From: Octopus vulgaris
Lineage: Eukaryota
Assembly (NCBI GenBank): GCA_951406725.2
Contig: OX597821.1
Location: 5,022,001 to 5,086,000 of the forward strand
Direction of reading: 5' to 3'
DNA length: 64,000 nucleotides
The position numbers and the translations under genes are program-made. Of this stretch, positions 15,517-30,065 are shown in pieces. The notes under the pieces were generated by a model. It had not been told where the DNA came from, did no database searches, and worked only from the letters and a program-made list of their open reading frames with translations. Within the stretch, counting starts at the first letter, position 1. Each line of letters opens with the position of its first letter.

Positions 15517-16050
15517 GTTAGCATCCGTTTGTCTCGAGAGACAATGGAGTTGCGCATAAAATAATCTAGTCCGGCTTTTAAATTTCATGTCCTAATACAT
15601 CTCCTGCTGCGGCTGGGTAGTCCTATCCTGGACAAACACTCCCTCTGGAATGTGCCGCAAATGTGGTGGGTAGCGATTTTCTTCACTACTTCAGGGTGTG
15701 ACGACCCTGCCTGACACAAGTCCGGGTTCAGCTGGCTCCGGCTGAGAGTACCCGGTATGGGCCCCAATCCAAGGTTACGGAAAGTATACAACCTTCAAAG
15801 AAATCAGGTGTGGAGCCCCGAAGGAGGTTTAGTCCTCGACTCGACACTCTTCCGGCAGCTCCTGCAACCAAGATGGTGCCAAACGTAATGCTCTGCAATC
15901 CTTTGGACTACGTCAGCAAGGTCGAGAGAGGAAACCTGACGATTGGGCTACCCATGACTTTCGTATTTCTAACCCAGACCTGCGCAAGACTGGAGAGGAC
16001 ATTTCAGTGCAGCTGTAAAAAGTGGCAGAAAAAATACGGGAGGTAGCAGT
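15517..16050 (-). mobile_element. non-autonomous RTE-like element (5'UTR-like region joined to RTE-type 3' end, no ORF)
   Basis: GC-rich island between TA runs; CATCCGTTTGTCTCGAGAGACAATGG resembles RTE 3' termini; minus-strand GTAGTCCAAAGG..TACGTTTGGCACCA resembles RTE 5'UTRs (from recall). Confidence 0.45.
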
Positions 16051-16051
16051 G

Positions 16052-16082
<31 letters not shown>

Positions 16083-16083
16083 T

Positions 16084-16400
16084 GTTCCATGACTGGATGG
16101 TCATTTCTTTTGCCAAATAAACACTCACTATATATTTGTTCTTCAGTCGTCTATTATTGTTCTTATTCTAACTCATGCCCATTGTTCGGAAATCCTTCTT
16201 CACACACCAAGACGAAATGTGTCGCTGAAGAGGGCAGAAATATGTAACGAAAGTTTACCGGACAATGGGCATCAGTTAGAATAAGAAGAGTAATAAAAAA
16301 TTGAAGAAACAAATATATAGGGCATGTGTTTATTTGGTAAAAAAATAACCGTCCCGAAATACAAAAATATCTGTTTCAACACTCGATTTCACATCACCGG
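16084..16400. mobile_element. diverged palindromic (TA)n-flanked element (family B) with degenerate hammerhead-like centre
   Basis: TTCTTATTCTAACTCATGCCCATTGT pairs with ACAATGGGCATCAGTTAGAATAAGAA; CTGAAGA (16225) ... GAAAG (16249) in the centre, stems poor. Confidence 0.55.
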
Positions 16401-16487
16401 TCTTACAACACAAATCCGTGTATATATATATATATATATATATAAATACATTTATATAAATATACATATATATTATATTATATTATA

Positions 16488-16543
<56 letters not shown>

Positions 16544-16548
<5 letters not shown>

Positions 16549-16734
16549 AGATCGTTAGCCACTACACACATTTTTTTCTCTCCTTGTTTCTCTCCTTTTT
16601 TTTCTGTGTCCCTTTCTGTAGAAGACCGTAGGCTCGAAACGTAAAATACTTTTTCAATTCCTGAGCGTTATACTAATACATCTGTTTTGTACACCACCTG
16701 TCTTCGTCTTTTGTTGTTTTTTTCGCAAATTCGC

Positions 16735-16736
<2 letters not shown>
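16544..16736 (+). mobile_element. family A repeat, copy 3, with hammerhead-like motif at 16612-16646
   Basis: CTTT-CTGTAGA-A-GACC-GTAG-GCTC-GAAAC-GTA-AAAT; (TA)n on both sides. Confidence 0.7.
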
Positions 16737-16774
<38 letters not shown>

Positions 16775-17210
16775 CGATCGGCATCCATGCTCATAAGTCA
16801 TGGGTTAGCCTGAGGCGATGACAGAAAAAACGTGTTCAAGACATCGCGAATTGGGACAGAACCCGAAACCATATGATTGCAAATCGAGATCCTTAACTAC
16901 AGAGACATGTGAGCGCATGTTTTTGATTCTCTTCCTGTCCCTACATTATTCTTTAGTCATTTCTCTCTCTCGTATTTACTAATTTCACTTGCTCTGAATT
17001 TTCTATTTCATGATAAATGAACGAGATACCAGTGTATCGTTTGTAAGAAAATTTGACTATGATTTCTCGTAAGCGAAACAATCACAGCTACAATTTTTGT
17101 TGGGTCAATTTAGCATATATGTTATAGCCATTTGCCTATATCTTGTCCTGTTCCCAACTCACCAATTATTACAGGCATGAATTTTATTGTTTGCATGCTT
17201 TATCATTATT

Positions 17211-17305
<95 letters not shown>

Positions 17306-17314
17306 TAATATTTT

Positions 17315-17351
<37 letters not shown>

Positions 17352-17352
<1 letters not shown>

Positions 17353-18200
17353 TCAGTAGTCTTATTTTTATCAAGTGTTTCACTGCACTACTCAGCGAGG
17401 CTCTGTGTGCCTTGGGTATGTGTTGTGATTTGTTGTGAAGCTCTTATAGAATCTGTATTGAAAGTGTTTTATGTAGGATGTGTGCGGTGCCCAGTAGTGA
17501 AATTTTCTGTATGTTATATATATTTGTTAGTCCTGGTGTTTTTGTTATGTATTTGTCTGAATATTTTTTTATAATACCTAATGCACCAACTATGATAGGA
17601 ATTGTTTCTGTCTTCAGAATCTATATTGGAGTTACCTCTATTTCCAGGTTTTTATATTTTGAAAGTTTCTCCATTTCTTTTAGAGAAACGCTGCCATCTG
17701 TCGGTATTGACACATCACTTAGAAAGCATTTTTCTTCGTGATCTTTGACAACTATATCTGGCCTATTGTCCTTAATTTCCCTATCTGTGTGTATCGATAT
17801 ATCCCATAGTATTTTTGCTTTCTCATTTTCTGTGACATTTTTTGGCGTGTGCCTATACCTTCTTTTTCTGTTGTTATTCCATAGTGTTGGCCTAGCTTCC
17901 AGTTATGTAGGTCCCAACTCTGTCGTGTCTGTTAATATTTTCCTTCTTAGCCAGGACTGAGCAGCCAGAGACAATATGATTTATTGTTTATTGTTCATTT
18001 TCCCATACTCTGTATTTACTTGTTATGTTTCTTTTCCTTATAGGATTTTGGTCATTTCTGGTGGTGTGGATTTGGTCTTGTGCTGCAATTAAAAATCCTC
18101 CAGTTTCTACCTTGATTCCTGAGCTTCTCAGCCATTATTGGGATTTTGTTTTGTCAATTTATTTTACATTTAGTATTTGCCATGAATGGGGTTTTCTTGT
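17352..18200 (-). mobile_element. 5'-truncated, degenerate Dong/R4-like RLE non-LTR retrotransposon
   Basis: Minus-strand translation gives ETGGFLIAAQDQ, a degenerate CCHC (TINHIVSGC), then ILWDISIHTDREIKDNRPDIVVKD..KLSKYKNLEIE..IPIIVGALG (RLE domain); flanked by (TCA)/(TTA)n and (TTA)n. Confidence 0.8.
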
Positions 18201-18213
18201 CATTGTTTTATTA

Positions 18214-18261
<48 letters not shown>

Positions 18262-18832
18262 AGAATTATTTCGTCTATTCATTCTTTCGTTCATTTGTTC
18301 GTCATCTTCCTCTCACCCTCGTATCAATCATTGCGCGAGCCGCAACATCCACTGCATTGATTCTTCTGTCAGTCCGCATTAGTTTGATTTAAATTCTATC
18401 GACATTTATCAAAAAAGAAAAAAAGAAAGATAACAATAATTAAGAAATGATCAGTAAGACACACAGTAGTAAAAAAAAAAGAAATAACAACAAAAAACAA
18501 CAACTATGTGTTCCAACTATGACAGCAAACACAACAACGATAACGACGATTATAACCACGGCAACTGAAAAATTATTAACAAAAGCCCACTGTAAAATGT
18601 AAAAAAGTGAAATGTTTTTGCTCCTTTTTCTTATTGTTGCTGTCCCTTTCTCTCCGGCTCTCACTCTCTCTCTCTCTAATACTCTAACCTCTTCACCCGG
18701 CTCTCCACCTCTCTCGTTCTCCTTCTTTTCTATACCTCTTCCTCTGACTTTGACTCCCATTTTCAATTTTCTTCAATTTTTCGATATTTGTATGTACTCA
18801 AACCTTCTCTTCCTCTACCTCCCCCTCGTAAT

Positions 18833-18854
18833 AGTAGCAGCAGCAGCAGCAGTG

Positions 18855-18917
<63 letters not shown>

Positions 18918-18941
18918 AAACTACTACTAATACTAATATAG

Positions 18942-18980
<39 letters not shown>

Positions 18981-19133
18981 ATAATAATAATAATAATAAT
19001 AATACCGATGATAAAACTAATACTACTAATAATGATAATATTATTAATAACAATAATAATAACAATGATTATGAGAATAATAATAATGATGATAATGATA
19101 ATTATAATAATAATAATGATGATAATAATAATG

Positions 19134-19170
<37 letters not shown>

Positions 19171-19196
19171 TAATAATAATAATAATAATAATAATG

Positions 19197-19241
<45 letters not shown>

Positions 19242-19834
19242 CCAATAATAATAGTAATGATGATGATGATGATAATAATAATAATGTTGACGATGACGAT
19301 GATGATGATGATAATAATAATAATAATGATAATAATTATTATTATTATTATTATTATGATTATTATTATTATTATTATCATTTTTATTATTATCATACTT
19401 TTTCTATTGTTGCTGTTAATACATCTGGTAGTATTAATAGTACAACTGCTATTGTTGCTGAAGATTTAGTCCTGGGAATCACAGTAATCACAACAGGATG
19501 GTATAACACCAACGTAGAAGATGTTGAACGGAAATGTCGAAGAAATGAAGAAGATAAACGCTTCGAGTTAGAGACGTAAAAGACCATTCGACTCCATCCG
19601 AGGACTCTTTAGACCCTCAATTGTGACCTCTGTCACATTTGATCGTCGACATTTGGCGAATTGTGACCCCTGTGGACTATTGTTCCACGAGAGAAAAAAA
19701 AGTCGGACTTGTCAGCCAACGAAGGCACCGACATATGTTAAGAAGATCAAGCAAAGGAGGAAATACTCGGTAAGGAGGAGAAAACGTGGACGATTGATCA
19801 TGTTGATGATGATGATGATGATGATGATGACGAC

Positions 19835-19867
<33 letters not shown>

Positions 19868-20281
19868 AGCGGTGATGGTGATTATCATCGTCACCGCTGC
19901 TTTGACAGTTATTCATATTGCAGCCATTATTGATATCACTTGTAATGTTACTAGTGCAACTGTATCTAATACTGCTTATAGGGAAGACAACGACGAGGGT
20001 CATGATGTGGAGGAGGAAGTGGTGGTGGAGGATGAGGGGAAGGGGGCGAATCCTGGTGGTCATGATGATGATGATAATGATGATAATGATGATGATGAGG
20101 ATGATGATAATGATGATAATGATGATGATGATGATGATGACGATGATGATGATGATGATGAAGATGATTTCAAGGATTACGATGAAGATGATGACGATGA
20201 AAGTGATGGGAATTATATTGTTAATAACTCTACATCCAACCATCACCTTTACTATTAGTGCTGCTTCTACTACTACTGCTG

Positions 20282-20333
<52 letters not shown>

Positions 20334-20390
20334 AGCTACTACTACTACTAATAATAATAATAATACTAATGCTTATACCAGAAGTACTAC

Positions 20391-20483
<93 letters not shown>

Positions 20484-20500
20484 TAGTAGTAGTGGTAGTG
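18833..20500. repeat. trinucleotide repeat field (AGT/ACT/AAT/GAT) with short unique islands
   Basis: Directly visible. Confidence 0.9.
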
Positions 20501-20900
20501 CTACTGTTTACATTTACGCTTCTAATATTAATGTTGACGTCAAGGGGGGCGAGCGCGGGCCACTTACACGAACACCACCACCAACACCACACCATTTTCT
20601 TCTAATACTAACATTTGTACTAAACACATCGGCGGCTAAATTATGTCGTACACTAACCTTACACTTTACATGCAGTAATTGCTACACCCAGCTTTTGTTC
20701 CATAATTCTACATGTGCCACATCAACTCTTCATGTAGGGCAAAGGCGAAGGACTTGTCCTATGCTTAGGAATATCACTTTACAACTATGTGATTTTGGGT
20801 TCAGTCCAATTAAATGGTAACTTGGTAACCCCGGCTCAATCAATTGCTAGTGAATGCATTTGGTAGACTGAAACTGCATTCGAGTCCTGACGCATATATA

Positions 20901-21289
20901 TTACTCTTTTACTCTTTTACTTGTTTCAGTCATTTGATTATGGCCATGCTGGAGCACCGCCTTTAGTCGAGCAAATCGATCCCAGGACTTATTTTGTAAG
21001 CGTAGTACTTATTCTGTCGGGTCTTTTGTCGAACCGCTAAGTTACGGGCACGTAAACACACCAGCATCGTTTGTCAAGCGTTGTTGGGGGGGGGGCAAAC
21101 ACAGAAAAACAAACATATACACACACGTACATACGTATACACATACATACGACGGACTTCTTTCAGTTTCCGTCTACCATATCTACTCACAAGGTTTTGG
21201 TTGGTCCGAAGCTATAGTAGAAGACACTTGCCCAAGGAGCCGCACAGTGGGACTGAACCCGGAATCATGTAGTTGGTAAGCAAGCTACT
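20901..21289 (-). mobile_element. tRNA-derived SINE (abundant octopus-type family) with LINE-derived 3' tail
   Basis: Minus strand has B-box-like GGTTCAGTCCC, then CCTTGGGCAAGTGTCTTCT, and tail GGCGGTGCTCCAGCATGGCC..TGACTGAAACAAGTAAAAGAG; several other copies in window. Confidence 0.8.
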
Positions 21290-21370
21290 AAAAAAACTAT
21301 TAAAATAAAAAAACTATTAAAATAAACTACAGCAGTAATATTTTAAAGCAGACAGCTAAAATATTGCATA

Positions 21371-21605
21371 CAGTAATCCCTCGGCTTATTGCGGTTCAGC
21401 TATCGTGCCCTCAGTAGATACGGCTCACCTATTGCGCACTCAGTAATCGCGAATGTTTTTGACTAAAATATATTAATTTATATCGCGGAAACCTCAGTAT
21501 ATCGTGATTTTCTGCGGTCGGTAAGTATTTAAATTTTTTTAATATTTTAACTATTTCTGTGGGAGGTTTTGCACCGAAACACCCGCGACAGTCAATGGGT
21601 TACTG
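21371..21605. mobile_element. Tigger/pogo-like MITE
   Basis: TA-CAGTAATCCC ... GGGTTACTG-TA imperfect TIRs with TA target duplication; internal ATCGCG-type subterminal repeats. Confidence 0.6.
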
Positions 21606-21885
21606 TATTACAAAACATTTGTTAACAGAACGTGCATTTAATACTAAAAGCAATCATAAATAAATGAAGAAACTGGTAATAATATATCAAAATATTTTTA
21701 GTATTAAAGAAGCAGGAAGAAAACACATGACGTCAATGATAATGAACGTATAAGAAAATTGTGCTGAAAATGGTACGCGTGTCTGTGAAGTATGAGATAT
21801 CGATAAGGATAGCATTATTAGAGCTATTGATAACTCAAACTGAATTCTGTTTTATTTGTGCGATACTGTTGCACATCAGCAAGTA

Positions 21886-22450
21886 TTGGGTTGTCCGGAA
21901 AGTTCGTACCGATTTTTAAAGGAAAGAAAAGGTCGATAAATACTTGCCATTACATTTTTAATCAACCAAATATAAACCATTTCCTTACACAATGCGTCTT
22001 CATCTTTCCTTTAACTTGAAAATACCCTCTTCCCAGAATTGAGGTGGTTTCATGGCAAAGAATTCAGCGAGGTGTCTTTTTACGTCATCCAAGGAATTGA
22101 AATTTTTACCATTAAGACTATTCTGCAGAGACCTGAATAAGTGGAAATCCGAAGGAGCAATATCTGGTGAATATGGAGGGTCGGTTAACACAAACCAGCC
22201 AAGGTACAGCAATTTTTGTCTGGTTCCCAAAGCATCAAGTGTTGAAAATGTACTTTCTTATATTCCAGTTTAAAGGGTTACAGAATTAACACAGGTTGTA
22301 GGAACATAAACCTTCTTCCACGAAAAGATAGCTCCAACTGTGCACTAAATGGAGGTGTAGTCAAATCCTATTTTATGGACGCAACGATGTTCTAAAGTAA
22401 GTAGAAAGGAAAGCTACTATAAATCGGCACTAACATTCCAGACAACCCAA
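21886..22450 (-). mobile_element. internally deleted mariner element
   Basis: TIRs TTGGGTTGTCCGGAAAGTTCGTACCGATTT / AAATCGGCACTAACATTCCAGACAACCCAA; ORF 22000-22230 encodes PPYSPDIAPSDFHLFRSLQNSL (mariner YSPDLAP motif). Confidence 0.9.
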
Positions 22451-22554
22451 CATATTCTATAAAGTTTCCATGTATACCCTAGACCCACGATTGAAATTCG
22501 TTTGGAGATCCCTCGAGTACACGATACTGAAGAGCTGCAAAATTAGCAAAATAT

Positions 22555-22743
22555 TGATTTCAAATCTTGGTACGAAGCCAGGAAATTCAAAGGAGGAGGG
22601 GAGAAGATGATTATATGAACCACAGTATTCCGAGAGTTTGAAAAGTCCATTCCAATGGCATTTGATCTTATAACGTAAAGAAGGACAAAACGCCTCTAAG
22701 CATTTTACCCGACACACAACCAATTCTGCCAGATCACCACATT
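22555..22743 (-). mobile_element. degenerate SINE (AAGGCGG family)
   Basis: AGAACGTAAAG-like, CTAAGCATTTTACCCG..ATTCTGCCAGATCACCAC. Confidence 0.45.
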
Positions 22744-23829
22744 AAATTAGGAAAATGTCCATATCCATTGTTCCTGGTATCTAGGTAATTCTATTCGTAT
22801 GAACCTCTTGTACTAGTTGTCTCCCCTTGACTATTAAAATAAATTACAGCAGTTAGACAGGCAGAAATTTACGTATCTATTTTATTCGTACTGTGTATGT
22901 ATGTATATTTATATAATGTTGCGTTTATATATAGTTTTACTTAAAAATAAGTAAATTTGTGTATTTGTGTGTGTGCCTGTGCGTGTGTGTGTGTGTGTGT
23001 GTGTCTGTGTCTGTGCGTGTGCGTGCGTGCGTGTGTGTGTGTGTGCGTGTGTGTGTATGTGTGTACTTCTATTTATCCATAATATTGACAGTGATACGAT
23101 AATTAAAAAAACAGGCTGTTGAAAAATTACCTTTCTAAATGAGAAATTACTTGTGTCTTTATATTTTATGTACAGTAATATTCGAGTTATTCTTCAGCGG
23201 ATTCATTGACTGAGTTTCCATATATATATGTGTATACTTATATCAACCAAAATCAGAGTCAAGGCATGGTAATGGTGGTCCTTCAAATTGCAGATACTGC
23301 AGATTCAACAAATTTAAAGCTACTTGACTTGGACATAGTGAACGATACATACATATGATTCCACGCTGCTCTGGAAAGGAAACCGCCCTCATGATTTCGA
23401 ATTGAATATTTTAATTATTCGATAACGTCTACGTTTTTTATTAAGAAACTATAACTGTAATATACTCATACATATTTGTACACATGAACACAGACATATA
23501 AAGATATTTATAGACCAACGCATAGATTGTGAGTACTTGAGACAACGCTAACATACACATAGATATACACGTAGATATACATCTAATATAATACATATGA
23601 ACAAATACATACGAACACTTGAATCTAGTCGATATCCAAGCAAACACACTTATCATATCTGAAAAAACACATATTTGAAACATACAAAAACATATATACT
23701 TATAAATATAAACGTATCTTGTGCGTATGTATATAGACCTATATGTATGTGTGTGTGTGTGTGTGTATACATATATATATATGCATACTTGTATGTATGC
23801 ATATATTTGTGTGTGTATATATATACATA

Positions 23830-23865
<36 letters not shown>

Positions 23866-24052
23866 TATATACACATAGGGATGAAGTGTTTATTATTTTA
23901 TACGTACACATAAATATACTTGCATGTATATATTTATTTGATCGTGTGCATATATAAATATGTATATCTATATGTGTGTGCATGTGTGTGAGTGCGTCTG
24001 TGTCTGTGCGTGCATCTGTGTGTGTGTATGTATGTGTGCATGCGTATGTATA

Positions 24053-24092
<40 letters not shown>

Positions 24093-24526
24093 CACACATA
24101 TAATTATATATATATATGTATGTATATATATGTGCGTGTGTGTGTATATATATATATACATATGTGTGTGTGTGTGCGTGTGTACACGTCTAGACAAATG
24201 CCCACACACACAGACCTTCAGGCACGCATCACACACGCATTCACACAAGTGAACGGGTAGACACAGATTCATGTATGTATCCTAGCATTATAAAAGCTAC
24301 AATAATACTCAGTACATGGATATACATACACCAGCTTCATTATATCCAATAACACCGTTCCAGACAACAACCCCCACCCTGCCTCCACCACATAGAAGAT
24401 TTAACATTTTCAATCAGATCCCTCAGACACAAAAATAGAACCTAGAAATATATATTTTACACCGATACATTCATACGCAAACATACATAGATGTGAACAA
24501 ATATTTGCATATTCATATATAAAAAC

Positions 24527-24580
<54 letters not shown>

Positions 24581-24584
24581 CTCT

Positions 24585-24727
<143 letters not shown>

Positions 24728-24765
24728 GATAGATAGATAGTATATATATATATATATATACACAC

Positions 24766-24898
<133 letters not shown>

Positions 24899-25019
24899 AT
24901 ACATAAATACAAACACAAAATGTCTCGCACAAAGACTCCCTCACGCAATCACATATACACTCGTATATACATTCACACAGTCAAACAAATATAAGAAGCT
25001 TCGGTGTTGGTACAGTGCT

Positions 25020-25284
25020 GGTTGTTGTTGTTGTTGTTGTTGTTGATGTCGATTTTGTCGTTGTTTTGACCGTTGCATTGGATTGAATTCAGAATTGGCA
25101 ATTATTATAAGATATGTGACTTTGTCAATAGCACTGATAACAGCAGCAACAACAACAAAAACAACAACACCAATGAAGATAACGAAAACAAGAAGATCTA
25201 ACTGAAAGCAGAGAGACACAGCGGTGACGACAAGGACGACGATGGCTACGATGATGACGATGATGATGATGATTGTGGTTGTGG

Positions 25285-25318
<34 letters not shown>

Positions 25319-26160
25319 GGCGGTATTGTTGATGGTGGCGATGATGACGATGATAATGATGACGACGATGATAACGATGATTGTGGTGGAGGTTGTTGTT
25401 GTTGTGGTGGTGGTGGTGGCGGTGGTGGTGGTGGCGGCGGCGGTGGTGGTGGTGGCGGTAATGTTGTTGGTGGCGATGATGATGATGATGGTGATGATAT
25501 TGATGATGGGGATGAGGAGGAGGACAAAGTGGAGATGGTGGTTGTGGTGGTAGCGGTGGTGGTTGTGGTGGTAGCGGTGGTGGTTGTGGTGTTGGTGGTA
25601 GTGGTGGTCATGGTCGTGGTGTTGGTGGTGATGGTGATGGCTATGGTGTTGGCGTATATATCATGGTGATGCTGGTGGTGTGGTCGTGGTGGTAGTGGTA
25701 GTAGTGCAGGTGCTGGTGGTGGTGATGGTGATAGTGGTCATGGGTGTGTTGGCAGAAGAAATAATGTTGGTTTTGGCGGTGGCGGTGGCGGTGGTGTTGA
25801 CGACCACCACATCGACGACGGGGATGCTAATAATGAAGATGAAGACGACGATGATGATGTTGTCGAAGATCACCATTACGATGATAACCGGATGATGGTA
25901 GAGGCGACGATGGTTGTGATGATTGCCGTAATCCTCTTCATTTCCATTAGCCTCCTCACTTTCGTCATCAACATCCTGGTATTCATCATCATCATCATCA
26001 TCATCATCGTCAACAACAACTACAACGTAACCACTACCACGGTTAACAGCATCCCGTCTAAAGCCACCACCATATTCCACGGGCAATACCGAATACAATT
26101 ATCATGTAATTATATTAATGAAGGTGATAACCATCTTACTGACCATGATGATGATGATGG
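25020..26160. repeat. (GTT)/(GGT)/(GAT)/(CAT) low-complexity field
   Basis: Directly visible. Confidence 0.85.
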
Positions 26161-26320
26161 CGTCTGTTCTGGAGGTATTCACTAAAAATAGCTGTTCACA
26201 AATTTGTTCGTTTTCTTTCTATTCACAATCAACAAAATACTAGACGCGACGCGAATTTAGAGTTCTAGATATGCATATATGTATGTGTGTGTGTGTATAT
26301 TTCTATGTATTTATATATAT

Positions 26321-26403
<83 letters not shown>

Positions 26404-26753
26404 TGTAAGTGTGCGTGTGTGTATGTATATGTATATATATATAAAGAGACACACAATCATGTACGTGTATATAAATTTCAATCGGTTACATTGAAACATA
26501 CAATTAGTGAGAGAAGTCACACCTATACAGACACGACACCACACACACACACAGACACACACACACACAGACACAGTCACTCACACACACACACTCGTAC
26601 ATACTTCACTTTATTCAGCCAAACAAATACTTTAATACGCGGACTAATAGATTTACAGTCAAGACTGTGATGCGCTCCGAAAATTTCTGCAACATCCCCA
26701 ACATAAACACACATGAGATTGGCGAAATACAAACAAACGAACATACCAATACA

Positions 26754-26786
<33 letters not shown>

Positions 26787-26891
26787 GTATGTATGTATGT
26801 ATATATATATATATATATATGTCAGATATGTTTCCACCAAAGACTGGCCCAGACCATGTCTAATGTAACACCCAGTGTCTATAAGTGTGTG

Positions 26892-27082
<191 letters not shown>

Positions 27083-27606
27083 GTATATATATATATACAT
27101 ATACGAAAACACTCACGTAGACCGTATAAAAGGACAAAGAGCAGGACACAGATGAAGGACCATGAAATTAAAATTATAAGAAAATCAAGAATAGAATAAA
27201 CATCAAATATACTTTTCTGAAAGATACAACAAAAATAACAGTACAAACAATAATATGAAAACAGAATAAATACAAAAAACAAAAACCTACAATGACAATC
27301 CAAAAGAAAAAAAAAATACAAAAATATATAATACAATATATGAATAAATTAACGGACTAATATCTATAAGGAACAACAGAAATAAATGAAGCACAGAAAA
27401 TAAAATAAATAGATGCAAAAGAATGTAACATAAACACCGGCGTATAATAAATAAGGAACAAACAAAAACGTAGAACAATTTGCTGGCTTGCAGCTTTCGT
27501 CATGGAAATCGTTCAGATTATTCTTTTTGCTGATAAAACGGCAACATAACTCGATATAGCATAGCCATGATGTGTGTGGGTGTGTGTGTTTGTGTTTGTG
27601 TGTGTG

Positions 27607-27736
<130 letters not shown>

Positions 27737-27803
27737 GTGTGTGTGTGTGTGTGGTATAAATATATATACATATATATATATATTATTTATATATATATAT
27801 ATA

Positions 27804-27876
<73 letters not shown>

Positions 27877-27942
27877 ATATACATATATGTGTGTGTGTGT
27901 ATGTATATATAAATATATAAATGTGTGTGTTTTTTATATATA

Positions 27943-27973
<31 letters not shown>

Positions 27974-28319
27974 TGCATGTACGTATGTATGTATGTATAT
28001 GTATATACAAGTATATACATATATATAATATATTATATGGGTATCTCTGTGGTTGTGCGATTCAAATCTGCCTGTCGATGTTGGAAAACGTTTTATGTAT
28101 ATAAGTATAAGCGTATATGCACATGTATACGTGTGTATATGAAAACATATCTCACAATATGTATACACACGTATTTACACATATATACGTATATTTCAAT
28201 ATGCATGTTGCCGGTCAGCGAGACTGTGCGCGCGCATAAATGTAAATATTCAAATACATACACCCACACACACACACCCGCACATATATACGCATATATA
28301 TATATATATATATAGACAC

Positions 28320-28392
<73 letters not shown>

Positions 28393-30065
28393 TGTGTGTG
28401 TGTATGTATATGGGATTGAGGAATGAGTAGATTTGTATCGTTTCCCTATTGGAATGCTATCTACATATTTTAGCCTAAGAAGCCAAAATAACGCTAATGG
28501 TAGACGTGAAGTGGAATCGACATATGTTATTAACATGAATGAGTCGTAAGTAAATACAAATACTAATATTCGTTTACACAGAAGTGAAATCAGAGATTAT
28601 ATATGTGTCACGTGCGTGTGTGTTGGAGTGTTTGTGTATGCGCTTGTGTGCTCTCAATCAGAAGTGATGTAAAAAGTAAATGGATATTCCTTTGCTTTCT
28701 GAAAATGTTGATAATGGAGATTAAATGATTTGTGTGTGGATTACTTCAATATTAAATTTTTAACGTAGAAACACACCAGTGCACCATACACAACTGCAAA
28801 AATATTATATGTACTTTAATGTCCTTACGATTTTTCTTTGGTTTCCTAAAATCCACCTGCAAAGCCCCAGCTTCATATCACATCAGAAGCATTTATAAAT
28901 GGGGTATATATTAGAAAATATAGATAAATTACATCTAGGAAACACCTATGATTTTAATTTTAGCAACATAAGGTTAAACACATTGAGCTTAACAACAACG
29001 GTATGAAATAAAACGCGCTAGTACTGGTAACTTTTGTCAAGGGAGATACAACTTTAATTACAAATAAAAGATCTGATATTGTCTCCATCTGCCGACAAAC
29101 GAATAATATTTTCTTTGTAAAATAGAAATAAATTTCAAATTGTTTGTTTATAGATATGCTGGTTTTCAGGTGAAGATCAAATCGCTATTTGAAGTTGAAA
29201 TAATGAAATCATTACTATTTTCAAAAGATTTGAAAATATATTAAGAACAGTTAAAATGTTTTTTTATCTCTATATTTGAAGCTAACCGGTTTTGCACTTT
29301 ACACTGATTTTCAGACATCTTACGATTAGAACTTTTAGTAAATCAGTGTAAACTGTGAAACAGTTTAAAGCTTGAAACATAGTAATAAGAAAAATTTTGA
29401 CTATTCTTAGTCCATTTTCAACTTCTATTTTCCCTATATTTCTACCCGTGCTGAATAAAATTACTTTGTTATATATATATATAAATTTATTTCTATTTTA
29501 CAAAGAAAATATTATTCGTTTGTCGGCAGATGGAGACAATATCAGATCTTTTATTTGTAATTAAAGTTGTATCTCCCTTGACAAAAGTTACCAGTACTAG
29601 CGCGTTTTACTTCATACTGTTGTTGTTAAGCTCAATGTGTTTAACCTTATATTGCTAAAATTAAAATCATAGGTGTTTCCTAGACGTAATTTATCTATAT
29701 TTTCTAATATATACCCCATTTATAAATGCTTCTGGTGTGATATGAAGCTGGGGCTTTGCGGGTCGATTTTAGGAAACGAAAGAAAAAACGTAAGGACGTT
29801 AAAGTACATATAATATTTTTGCAGTTGTGTATGGTGCACTGGTGTGTTTCTACGTTAAAAATGTAATACTGAAGTAATCCACACACAAATCATTTAATCT
29901 CCATTATCAACATTTTCAGAAAGCAAAGGAATTCCATTTACTTTTTACCTCACTTCTGATTGAGAGCACACAATGTAACAGGCAAGTGCATACACAAACA
30001 CTCCAACACACACGCACGTGACACATATATAATCTCTCATTTCACTTCTGTGTAAACGAATATTA

